48,190 nucleotides of DNA from a virus. The stretch's first letter is position 1. Every line of letters starts with the position of its first letter. The notes below the pieces were generated by a model. It worked only from the letters and a program-made list of their open reading frames with translations, was not told the origin of the DNA and made no database searches. The DNA lies in UHGV virus genome UHGV-0173119; one strand, written 5' to 3'. Below, piece by piece: positions 10,088 through 18,980 of the stretch. The position numbers and the translations under genes were made by a program.

Positions 10088-10181
10088 TTCCGCTCCCCAA
10101 TCAACTATTTCCCCAAAAGACTACCACCAATTCCCCAGCATTGCAACACAACTAAAAGCGGCAAAAGGGGTAAATTGGGTT

Positions 10182-10209
10182 AACGTGGGGCAACCAACCT
10201 GCCCCACGA
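10182..10209. repeat. 28-bp repeat copy 1 (AACGTGGGGCAACCAACCTGCCCCACGA) with palindrome CGTGGGGCA-accaacc-TGCCCCACG
   Basis: read directly. Confidence 0.9.
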
Positions 10210-10412
10210 AACCTTCATCTAAGTATATGTAATATAATAAAATTATTATTATTTGGGTTAATGGGTAATATTATTATTCATATTATAGATAGTAATTAAC
10301 ATAATATTAACAAATGGATTATTTAAATATATTTATAAGGGGATGGGTTAGAAATCTGCCCCTTTTTACCCACGAAAAATAAAGATATTCAAATCAATAA
10401 TTTACAATGAAA

Positions 10413-10440
10413 AACGTGGGGCAACCAACCTGCCCCACGA
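10413..10440. repeat. 28-bp repeat copy 2, identical to 10182-10209
   Basis: read directly. Confidence 0.9.
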
Positions 10441-10493
10441 CCTGCCCCACGGTCAAAAATTTACCCCACGAGCACGTTTTTAACGTATTCATG

Positions 10494-10522
10494 TTGACGT
10501 AGAATCATCGCTGATGTAGATT
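10494..10522 (+). promoter_or_regulatory. sigma70-type promoter: TTGACG - 17 bp - TAGATT, both hexamers embedded in GA(C/T)GTAGA repeats
   Basis: TTGACGTAGAatcatcgcTGATGTAGATT, 30 bp upstream of first rightward gene. Confidence 0.6.
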
Positions 10523-10552
10523 GAACTCATCGAAACAAACGAGGGTGAAGAG

Positions 10553-10699
10553 ATGAAAATCAAAGACCGTGAAGAATTTGAAGATGCTCAGGCTATGGCA
10601 CGTATCGCAGTTGATCGCACAAACAACAGCATTCCTGCCGAAGCATTCTGGAACGCAGCAATGCAGTCTTTAATATCAGCGTATGGGTTAAGCAAATGA
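10553..10699 (+). CDS. hypothetical protein (48 aa)
   Basis: SD GAGGG; MKIKDREEFEDAQAMARIAVDRTNNSIPAEAFWNAAMQSLISAYGLSK. Confidence 0.5.
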   Translation: MKIKDREEFEDAQAMARIAVDRTNNSIPAEAFWNAAMQSLISAYGLSK

Positions 10700-10770
10700 C
10701 AGGCGCAACATTCGAACTCATCGCCAGTCTTGTTATCGTGGCATTCATCATCATTGCAGTTTCAAAATAA
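10696..10770 (+). CDS. hypothetical 24-aa hydrophobic peptide (MTGATFELIASLVIVAFIIIAVSK)
   Basis: ATGA overlap with previous stop. Confidence 0.3.
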   Translation: MTGATFELIASLVIVAFIIIAVSK

Positions 10771-10789
10771 GGGTATATGGAGTAACAAA

Positions 10790-10870
10790 ATGAGCAACTG
10801 GCATAACGAACACATCATGCAATGGTATCGCCGTCGCATTAAGGCAATCATTAATTCATTCGAGGTGTAA
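10790..10870 (+). CDS. hypothetical 26-aa peptide
   Basis: SD GGAG upstream of ATG. Confidence 0.3.
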   Translation: MSNWHNEHIMQWYRRRIKAIINSFEV

Positions 10871-10873
10871 CAA

Positions 10874-11056
10874 ATGGCAAAGACTATCTATCGACGCGAG
10901 AAGCTGGAACAAGAACTCGGCCACGTTGGCGCGCAGAACTTTATGAGCAAGCAGGCACGCAATGCAATGGAATCCATCCGCGTGAATCGCGTTGTGCGAG
11001 TGTTTAATGGTGAGGGTAAGCGCAGAGTAATGGATGAACTGATTATCGTGTTTTGA
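10874..11056 (+). CDS. hypothetical protein (60 aa)
   Basis: ORF, protein-like composition. Confidence 0.5.
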   Translation: MAKTIYRREKLEQELGHVGAQNFMSKQARNAMESIRVNRVVRVFNGEGKRRVMDELIIVF

Positions 11057-11092
11057 CCTCGATTCAGCGCTCTTATTTTTAATGGTGATGAT

Positions 11093-11326
11093 ATGGCAAA
11101 AGTAAAAACATACGAGTTCTGGATAGTGCAGAACAAAATGCACGCAAGCAGGGCAATCAGGCGAGTAAGATGGTGGAATAAGTGGCTAATCATGTCCGGA
11201 TGCATCGTGCTGGCGAAGTGCAAATTCAAAGCGATTGATATCACAGATGAAGATGCACTCACAATCGCAAAGATTGAGTTTGAAGAAGATGGCTACTACG
11301 AAGAAATTATGGGGGTTAGGGTATGA
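11093..11326 (+). CDS. hypothetical protein (77 aa)
   Basis: ORF; start region resembles that of the next gene (M-x-x-VKTY). Confidence 0.5.
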   Translation: MAKVKTYEFWIVQNKMHASRAIRRVRWWNKWLIMSGCIVLAKCKFKAIDITDEDALTIAKIEFEEDGYYEEIMGVRV

Positions 11327-11829
11327 GTGAAGTTAAAACATACGCAGTAAACTGCAATGACGCGTGGCTAAATACAGATGGCGATGACATTTCTGGCTCA
11401 TATGTTAAGCATGCTGATTACATGGCTCTTGCAACAAAGCTCGATTTAGCAGAGCGTGCTTGCGCGGAGCTGGCTGCAGAGAATGCATGGATGAAGTCTG
11501 AAATACTGAAGGCCTCAGAAGATATGGAAGCACATCATGATGACCATGGCCTATTCAGCTATGACGCTGATGGCGAGCAAATGGACGCACTATTACGGCT
11601 TTGTGACGCTCAGGATTCAATAGCATCATTGGAGAATGCCAAAACCCCAGCCACCGATGCTTTCCTGGCTGAAGTACGTGCTCAGGGGGTGGATATGGCT
11701 CGTAACGCGATGATTGATTTTGTTGATGGTGAAATTGGGCCAAACAATAACGTTCCTGGGCTGATTAGAGGCGCAGAGATATGCGTAAGTGTTGCTGAAC
11801 ATCTTCGCAAAGGAGTTGAGCAAAAATGA
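11323..11829 (+). CDS. hypothetical protein (168 aa)
   Basis: ATGA overlap coupling. Confidence 0.55.
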   Translation: MSEVKTYAVNCNDAWLNTDGDDISGSYVKHADYMALATKLDLAERACAELAAENAWMKSEILKASEDMEAHHDDHGLFSYDADGEQMDALLRLCDAQDSIASLENAKTPATDAFLAEVRAQGVDMARNAMIDFVDGEIGPNNNVPGLIRGAEICVSVAEHLRKGVEQK

Positions 11830-12128
11830 CTATCACAAAACAACGTGTAAAAGAAATCATATCCCGCATTGAAATGTATGGTCATGGCGCAGGATATACC
11901 GCCGAAGAGGTTTATGACCTTGCGGTGCTGGCATTGAATTTATCAAATATCGCAAAACTAAAGCGATACGAGCTTGATATGAGCGGTTGCGACTCGTGCT
12001 GTCAGGATTGTGGTGCTGATATGACTGAATACCATGATGGTGAATTTGTCATGTTCGACGATGTTGTAAGTCTGGTTCAGTTTGACACAACCGCTAAGCA
12101 ATTCGAAAGCCTGGCAAAAAGTGAATAG
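11826..12128 (+). CDS. hypothetical Cys-rich protein (100 aa; CDSCCQDCG)
   Basis: ATGA overlap coupling. Confidence 0.55.
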   Translation: MTITKQRVKEIISRIEMYGHGAGYTAEEVYDLAVLALNLSNIAKLKRYELDMSGCDSCCQDCGADMTEYHDGEFVMFDDVVSLVQFDTTAKQFESLAKSE

Positions 12129-12151
12129 CTACCCGTTCATATTAATTATCA

Positions 12152-12177
12152 GTGCGCTCTATGTGGCGCACGCTTTA
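12152..12177 (+). terminator. weak stem-loop GTGCGC-n8-GCGCAC followed by TTT
   Basis: read directly. Confidence 0.4.
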
Positions 12178-12191
12178 GTGGAGATATTGAG

Positions 12192-12299
12192 ATGACCAAA
12201 CACCAACGACGCCGCTACACCACTGGCACTAAAATTTTCCTTGCTGTTTATGTGCTGGCACTGGTAGTAGCTATTGCAGGAGTTGTGCATTATGTTTAA
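12192..12299 (+). CDS. hypothetical small membrane protein (35 aa; basic N-terminus then transmembrane helix)
   Basis: MTKHQRRRYTTGTKIFLAVYVLALVVAIAGVVHYV. Confidence 0.4.
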   Translation: MTKHQRRRYTTGTKIFLAVYVLALVVAIAGVVHYV

Positions 12300-12471
12300 C
12301 GATATCAACGCCGCAATGGAATTCATGTGGAAACGATACTGTGACGGAATGATGACCTGTCATTACATGATGGTACAGCTCGGAAATCGAATTGAGGTTG
12401 TGACTGACACTGGCGTACATGACATCAAGTGCATGTGCTCAACGAGGGCTTTTGCTAATGCAGACAACTAA
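12292..12471 (+). CDS. hypothetical protein (59 aa; ORF track extends to TTG at 12274)
   Basis: ATG 12292 overlaps previous stop. Confidence 0.45.
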   Translation: MFNDINAAMEFMWKRYCDGMMTCHYMMVQLGNRIEVVTDTGVHDIKCMCSTRAFANADN

Positions 12472-12631
12472 ACAGAAAGTCTGGCACCTCGCAAAGCAGC
12501 ACGAATTGGACGACTTTATCGCGAAGGTTGCAAAGACATTCCCTGATGCACTTGAGGTCGTTCATGTGCAGACGCGTAATGAAAACGCATGGTGCTATGC
12601 TGGCAAGCGCGATAATGATGGTGTAAAATAA
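12419..12631 (+). CDS. hypothetical protein (alternative start 12461, MQTTKQKVW)
   Basis: ORF. Confidence 0.4.
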   Translation: MTSSACAQRGLLLMQTTKQKVWHLAKQHELDDFIAKVAKTFPDALEVVHVQTRNENAWCYAGKRDNDGVK

Positions 12632-12666
12632 GCACATAACCACCATTGCTTCACTCATATCATCAC

Positions 12667-12702
12667 CCAGCATTTAACCCGCCTTGTGCTGGTTCTTTTT
12701 TA
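12667..12702 (+). terminator. Rho-independent terminator (CCAGCA-n14-TGCTGG + TTCTTTTTT)
   Basis: read directly. Confidence 0.6.
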
Positions 12703-12748
12703 TCTGTGTTAAACTAACAATATCGAAATACGAAAAGACGAAAACAGA

Positions 12749-13195
12749 ATGGCTAATCCAAACCCTGTCATGAAATTTTCCTCTGAGTACCAGCCTGCTG
12801 GTAGAGGATTAAGCTACAGAAACAGGCTTATTGAAGCATTAAAGCGATGCGGGCTTGGGGAGGAGGAATTCCTTGACGCATTCATCAGGACGTCAATCAG
12901 GATGACGGAGGAAAACCCGACTCAGGGTGTGCAAATGCTTAAGGAAATATTCCTGCGCATCAGCCCTGTACAAAAAAGCATGGCTCCTCCTGTTAATTTT
13001 AAATACCGCAAAGATGCTACTCCAGTTGAGCAGATAGAGGACGTTATTCAATCTGTTTCCAGTGGAGAACTACCAATTGATGTTGCGTCTCAGGTTGTGT
13101 CTATGATTAAGGTTGGACTTGACGTGAAAGAATTAACCGAACTCGCAGCTCGCCTTGAGCGCCTGGAGAAATTACTGGAGCAGCAGAATGGATGA
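12749..13195 (+). CDS. putative terminase small subunit
   Basis: position immediately upstream of terL, size, C-terminal coiled coil; no motif-level proof. Confidence 0.45.
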   Translation: MANPNPVMKFSSEYQPAGRGLSYRNRLIEALKRCGLGEEEFLDAFIRTSIRMTEENPTQGVQMLKEIFLRISPVQKSMAPPVNFKYRKDATPVEQIEDVIQSVSSGELPIDVASQVVSMIKVGLDVKELTELAARLERLEKLLEQQNG

Positions 13196-13323
13196 TGAAG
13201 CAAATAACTATAAATCAAAATGTGATGAGGTACTATTGCCACGCAACAGCAGTAGTCGCGGCGTTACATTTGATAAAGCAATGACGGATGACGAAGTGAT
13301 GGCTGTTTTACAGGAACTGATTA

Positions 13324-14745
13324 ATGGCTCGTAAACGCCTCTCTGCGCTGGCAATTGAAAGGCTGGAAGCTCAGATTGATGATGCAATGACAGATGTTGC
13401 AGAGTCCGCCATCTTTGGCATCTGTGATATGCAGAAGAACGTCATCAAGCGGTTAAGGATGACCGCCATTGGCGTTGATGACGTGACCAATGCAACCACT
13501 CATACTGACCACCTGATTCCCGCAAAGCTGGAGCGACTGCTTTATCCGAAGCCGTGGAAGGTTGTATACGGAGGCCGTGGGTCGGCAAAGACCCGCACAG
13601 TGTCGACAATCCTTACTGAGTCGGCAAGATTTAAATCAGAGCGTATTGGCTGCTTCCGCGAGATTCAGCAATCCATTGAAGATTCCAGCTATCAGGAGCT
13701 GGTGGACGAGATTGATCGCAAAGGAGAATCAAAAGAGTATCGCTGCATTGATGGCAAGATAACCCACAAGAAGATGAAATCAAAGTTCAGGTTCCGTGGC
13801 CTTTATCGCAACGTGACTGGCGTGAAGGGGTTCGCTGGTATCACGAAGGCATGGATTGAGGAGGCTGAAAACGTCAGTCAGGCATCGTGGGATATCCTTG
13901 AGCCTACCGTGCGTAACCCGGGCGCTGAGATATGGGTAACATTCAACCCCAATAAAGAAACAGACGCCACATGGACGAGATGGGTTGCCCCATGGCATAA
14001 CAAGATGGTAAACGGCATTTACGAGGATGATGAAATACTCATCATTGAGTGCAACTGGACCGATAACCCGTGGATGACAGAGGAGCTAATCCGCTCAAAA
14101 GATAAAATGAAGCGAGTCGATTTCGACCGCTACATGTGGATATGGGAAGGGAAATTTAACAAACGCAGCGACGAACAGGTATTCGGCGGCAAGTGGCGCA
14201 TTGATAACTTTGAAGTCAAACCTGAATGGCATGGTCCATACTTCGGGATGGACTTCGGATTCAGTATGGACCCTACCGCAATGGTTGAAGTTTATATCGA
14301 AGAGTTACCAGGTGGACGGCGCAACATTTATATTAATCGCGAGTACGGCAAGGTTGGGCTTGAAATTACTGATACGCCAGCCGCGATGGAGCAATCATTT
14401 CCGATGGCTAAGCGCGCACGATGGTATGCCGACTGCGCTCGACCTGAAACTATCAGCCACATCAAGCGTTCTGGATTCGATATTCACCCGTGCACGAAAT
14501 GGCCGGGAAGCGTTGAGGATGGCGTGACATGGTTGCGTGGCTGCGACAGCATCATCATTCACGAACGATGCAAGGAGATGCAGAATGAGGCGGTGATGTA
14601 CAGTTATAAGGTTGATAAGCTGACGGGGAATGTGCTGACCGATATTGTTGATGCATATAACCACTTCTGGGATGCGGTTCGCTATGCACTCAATGACCAC
14701 ATTGTCCAGCGCGGTAGCGGAATGCTAATCCGTCGCAGGAGGTAA
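13324..14745 (+). CDS. terL: terminase large subunit
   Basis: Walker A VVYGGRGSAKT, ATPase-plus-nuclease organisation, 473 aa. Confidence 0.9.
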   Translation: MARKRLSALAIERLEAQIDDAMTDVAESAIFGICDMQKNVIKRLRMTAIGVDDVTNATTHTDHLIPAKLERLLYPKPWKVVYGGRGSAKTRTVSTILTESARFKSERIGCFREIQQSIEDSSYQELVDEIDRKGESKEYRCIDGKITHKKMKSKFRFRGLYRNVTGVKGFAGITKAWIEEAENVSQASWDILEPTVRNPGAEIWVTFNPNKETDATWTRWVAPWHNKMVNGIYEDDEILIIECNWTDNPWMTEELIRSKDKMKRVDFDRYMWIWEGKFNKRSDEQVFGGKWRIDNFEVKPEWHGPYFGMDFGFSMDPTAMVEVYIEELPGGRRNIYINREYGKVGLEITDTPAAMEQSFPMAKRARWYADCARPETISHIKRSGFDIHPCTKWPGSVEDGVTWLRGCDSIIIHERCKEMQNEAVMYSYKVDKLTGNVLTDIVDAYNHFWDAVRYALNDHIVQRGSGMLIRRRR

Positions 14746-14750
14746 AAATA

Positions 14751-14770
14751 AAGCCCTCATCTGAGGGCTT
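14751..14770. terminator. bidirectional hairpin terminator (AGCCCTC-atct-GAGGGCT) between convergent terL and minus-strand small genes
   Basis: read directly; T-rich on minus side. Confidence 0.7.
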
Positions 14771-14945
14771 AAAGCTCATCTCTCAATCTTGATATATCAC
14801 TCACAGCTGCATACATGTTTGATTTAATGCGTTCAGACTTTTCATTTCTGCATCTCTCTTTTATTATCGAAATAGCAATATTGAAGGCGTCTATTTTTGC
14901 CTCCCTTATCGCCTGATTTCTTGGTTTCACTTTTGCCTTCGGCAT
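14769..14945 (-). CDS. hypothetical protein (58 aa)
   Basis: protein-like C-terminal half of the 117-aa track ORF; weak RBS. Confidence 0.35.
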   Translation of the reverse strand: MPKAKVKPRNQAIREAKIDAFNIAISIIKERCRNEKSERIKSNMYAAVSDISRLRDEL

Positions 14946-14970
14946 CTCACGAAGGCATTTTGGCATGTAA

Positions 14971-15126
14971 TTAGTAGGCATTTGATGGGTAGTAACCTTC
15001 TTTGATGCCAAGCATTTTGGCGACTGTTGGTCCAACTTTTTGGGCGGTAACGATGCCAAATTTAACGTAATCAGCACCATAAGTTTCGGCAATGTACGCT
15101 TCGCATTCTTTTTTAGTCTCAAACAT
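14971..15126 (-). CDS. hypothetical protein (51 aa, MFETKKECEAYIAETYGADYVKFGIVTAQKVGPTVAKMLGIKEGYYPSNAY)
   Basis: not in ORF track (<60 aa); good composition; sits 35 nt downstream of a canonical promoter. Confidence 0.5.
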   Translation of the reverse strand: MFETKKECEAYIAETYGADYVKFGIVTAQKVGPTVAKMLGIKEGYYPSNAY

Positions 15127-15160
15127 TTCTCTTGTTCCTTAACCTCTTTTCGATAAGATG

Positions 15161-15189
15161 ATTCTACGTCACTGCCATATCTACGTCAA
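15161..15189 (-). promoter_or_regulatory. canonical promoter on minus strand: TTGACG - 17 bp - TAGAAT, formed by two direct copies of the TCTACGTCA motif
   Basis: rc of ATTCTACGTCActgccatATCTACGTCAA. Confidence 0.65.
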
Positions 15190-15216
15190 CATTTATTATT
15201 GTTGTTGATAATCTGC

Positions 15217-15255
15217 ACCACCGCACTTGACCAATCTACACCGAGCGCATAGTAT
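15217..15255 (+). promoter_or_regulatory. promoter TTGACC - 17 bp - TAGTAT for the rightward small-gene cassette, with motif copies AATCTACACC (15233-15242) in the spacer and ATCTACATCA (15256-15265) at +1
   Basis: read directly. Confidence 0.5.
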
Positions 15256-15285
15256 ATCTACATCAGGATTGCCGGAGATATCACT

Positions 15286-15492
15286 ATGCGCAGCTATGCA
15301 GGATTCACACAGGAGGAGAAAGAACAGGTTTATTCACTGGCGCGGGCTGGTGTGCCTGATGAGGTTATTTGTCGTCGTTATGACATCGATGAGGATTTCC
15401 TGCTGCGCGTCCTGGATGATGTCTTCGTTAACCTGCAAGAGAAGCGCGGGTACAAAGGCATCTGCTGCAAGAATGATTTTTTGAGAGGGTGA
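15286..15492 (+). CDS. hypothetical protein with HTH-like segment (EKEQVYSLARAGVPDEVICRRYDI)
   Basis: ORF; candidate transcription regulator. Confidence 0.5.
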   Translation: MRSYAGFTQEEKEQVYSLARAGVPDEVICRRYDIDEDFLLRVLDDVFVNLQEKRGYKGICCKNDFLRG

Positions 15493-15493
15493 T

Positions 15494-15901
15494 GTGTTTA
15501 ATAATAAACTAAAGAAAATAATCCGCGACGCTGCGGATAAGAAGTACACCAAAAAGATTGATATATCGTTCATCGACGGAACTGGACTGTACAATCACGC
15601 CTGTCATCTGAATGCAGTAAACCGTGCACGCGATGGGAGTTCGTGCGCAGTGGTTGAGGTTGTGGTGATTGATGACAAATCAGTAACTGCGCATTACATC
15701 AATATGCAATCAGATGGTGCTTATGTTGACTACACGCTCGGCTGGCACTGGTCAGGTGCTGATTATCGCTTTGTGCGATTAGTTCCGTTTACTGAATGGC
15801 CTGATATTACAGGTTCGTTAAACAGGTTGAAGGCTGAGTTGTGCAAGCCAGTTGCTAAATGGCAGAAGTTGTTAATGGTAACTGATGGTGAACTTTGTTG
15901 A
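15494..15901 (+). CDS. hypothetical protein (135 aa)
   Basis: ORF. Confidence 0.55.
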   Translation: MFNNKLKKIIRDAADKKYTKKIDISFIDGTGLYNHACHLNAVNRARDGSSCAVVEVVVIDDKSVTAHYINMQSDGAYVDYTLGWHWSGADYRFVRLVPFTEWPDITGSLNRLKAELCKPVAKWQKLLMVTDGELC

Positions 15902-15907
15902 GGTGAT

Positions 15908-16102
15908 GTGATGATTATTGATGAAACTAAAAATTGCTATGAACTGCAAGTTAGTCATAGTTTTGGTGATTACCCTATTATTATGCTTACTTCATTCCGT
16001 GAAGGTGATGATGTTAATTCTATCGGCATCGACAAACATCAGGCCGCGCAGCTAATAGAAGTCCTGCAACGTTGGGTGAATGGTGAGGAGATTGAGCGAT
16101 GA
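15908..16102 (+). CDS. hypothetical protein (64 aa)
   Basis: ORF. Confidence 0.5.
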   Translation: MMIIDETKNCYELQVSHSFGDYPIIMLTSFREGDDVNSIGIDKHQAAQLIEVLQRWVNGEEIER

Positions 16103-16287
16103 GCGTTTATTTTATTCATGCTGAAGCCGTGCTAAGTAACGGTTGCGTTGCTGAGAAGATAGGAAGAATCGCAATTGCTGATAGCGCCGTGACGGCGTTC
16201 GATAAATTCTTTTCTGATGCCACTGTTACCAAGCTACGAGAGCAAGGTATTGATGTTGTCATCGATAAATTCGAAAAGGTGGAGTGA
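16099..16287 (+). CDS. hypothetical protein (62 aa)
   Basis: overlap coupling. Confidence 0.5.
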   Translation: MSVYFIHAEAVLSNGCVAEKIGRIAIADSAVTAFDKFFSDATVTKLREQGIDVVIDKFEKVE

Positions 16288-16478
16288 TGACAAGAAAAGA
16301 GGTTCACGAGTATTCTATTGTAGACAGGGAGCGAGTCGAAGATGTATGGATGAATCATGGATTACGCAGCAATCGCGCTAAATTGTATGCAAAATGCCAT
16401 CAAGTCGTAAGTGGCGACAGGATTGAGTGTTACGCGTTTAATCAGTGGATGAAGTCTGGTGTTGTGGATAAGGAATGA
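16284..16478 (+). CDS. hypothetical protein (64 aa)
   Basis: overlap coupling. Confidence 0.5.
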   Translation: MMTRKEVHEYSIVDRERVEDVWMNHGLRSNRAKLYAKCHQVVSGDRIECYAFNQWMKSGVVDKE

Positions 16479-16526
16479 TTGTATCAGTATTGCGCACATC
16501 ATAATCAACACTACCATCATGCTATA

Positions 16527-16555
16527 ATCCCATCCAACGTGATGGGATTTTTTAT
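16527..16555 (+). terminator. Rho-independent terminator (ATCCCATC-caacgt-GATGGGAT + TTTTTTATT) just upstream of portal
   Basis: read directly. Confidence 0.7.
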
Positions 16556-16561
16556 TGGTGA

Positions 16562-17986
<1,425 letters not shown>

Positions 17987-18080
17987 TATAATCACAAGTG
18001 CAGCTAGTCCGGCCAGACGAAAAGGTGAACGTAGACACCCTGCTGCATCCTCAATCTACGAACCTACTACGGGGTTAATC

Positions 18081-18980
18081 ATGGCTAAAAGACTCACCAC
18101 GGAAGACTTCATTTCTCGCGCCAGACAAAAGCATGGTGACAAGTACATTTATGATAAATGTGAATACGTCAACGCAAAAACAAAAATCGTCATAACATGC
18201 AAAGAGCATGGCGACTTCACGCAATCACCAAGCGACCACCTGCAAGGAAAGGGATGTAAGAGGTGTGCAGATATCTCAGGGTGGGATAAGAGAAAGACAA
18301 CAACCTCAGAATTTGTCTTGAAGGCAAGTGCGATACATTCCAACAAGTACACCTATGAAAAAACCGAGTATAAGCAATGTCATTTGAAGGTGTGCATAAC
18401 ATGCAGAAAGCATGGTGATTTTTATCAATCACCAAGTAGTCATTTAAGGGGCTTTGGTTGTCCATCGTGCAAGTTTGAAGTAAATGCAGAAAGATGCAGA
18501 ATGACCAAATCAGAGTTCATATCAAGGTCAAAGGGGCTGCATGGTGATTCATATGACTACTCAATGGTGGAGTATAAAAACAATAACACCAAAGTTGCTA
18601 TATTGTGTAAGGAACACGGATTATTCATGATGTCACCTGGCAATCATCTTGCTGGCAAGGGATGCAGTGGATGCGCAAAGCACGGATTTGATTATAAGAG
18701 GGAAGGATTTGTATATTTCCTCATGGGTGATGGTGTAATAAAAGTTGGCATAACAAATGATATAAGACAAAGAATTGCAAGATTATCAAGGAGAACACCT
18801 TTTGATTTTTCCTTGATTGCAAAAATAAAAACAACCGGAGAAGAGGCTGCGGCGATTGAAAAGTATTATCATAACAAATATGAATCAGCCGGTCTTTATG
18901 GCTTTGATGGTGCAACAGAGTGGTTGAAATATTCTACAGAACTTATGAATGAGATCATGAATGAAGATACTCCGGTTTAA
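18081..18980 (+). CDS. T5orf172/GIY-YIG-like endonuclease-family protein with three N-terminal tandem ~65-aa Zn-ribbon repeats
   Basis: repeat x3 of HGDKYxYxxxEY...K(I/V)xIxCxxHGxFxQSPxxHLxGxGCxxC; C-terminal GFVYFLMGDGVIKVGITNDIRQRIARL (T5orf172/GIY-YIG-like); ORF track extends upstream to 17922. Confidence 0.8.
   Translation: MAKRLTTEDFISRARQKHGDKYIYDKCEYVNAKTKIVITCKEHGDFTQSPSDHLQGKGCKRCADISGWDKRKTTTSEFVLKASAIHSNKYTYEKTEYKQCHLKVCITCRKHGDFYQSPSSHLRGFGCPSCKFEVNAERCRMTKSEFISRSKGLHGDSYDYSMVEYKNNNTKVAILCKEHGLFMMSPGNHLAGKGCSGCAKHGFDYKREGFVYFLMGDGVIKVGITNDIRQRIARLSRRTPFDFSLIAKIKTTGEEAAAIEKYYHNKYESAGLYGFDGATEWLKYSTELMNEIMNEDTPV

Larger units (their letters stand above)
10088..10552. promoter_or_regulatory. 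structured AT-rich intergenic region between divergent operons; candidate replication origin and early regulatory region
   Basis: two copies of a 28-bp element containing a perfect 25-bp palindrome, partial copies (CTGCCCCACG 10442-10451, CCCCACGA 10464-10471), TGGGTTA iterons (10175-10183, 10253-10260, 10261-10268, 10343-10350), about 110 bp of near-pure A/T (10215-10330). Confidence 0.6.

Noticed and set aside
10182-10476. Possible CRISPR-like mini array (repeated 28-bp palindromic element)
   Set aside because: Only two full copies 231 bp apart with partial half-sites. The repeat is palindromic and has no regular spacer periodicity. Interpreted as ori or operator sites instead.
14769-15122. 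117-aa minus-strand ORF from the track
   Set aside because: N-terminal half is Lys/Pro-rich junk out of frame with the clearly protein-like 51-aa ORF (14971-15126). It was split into two shorter genes instead.
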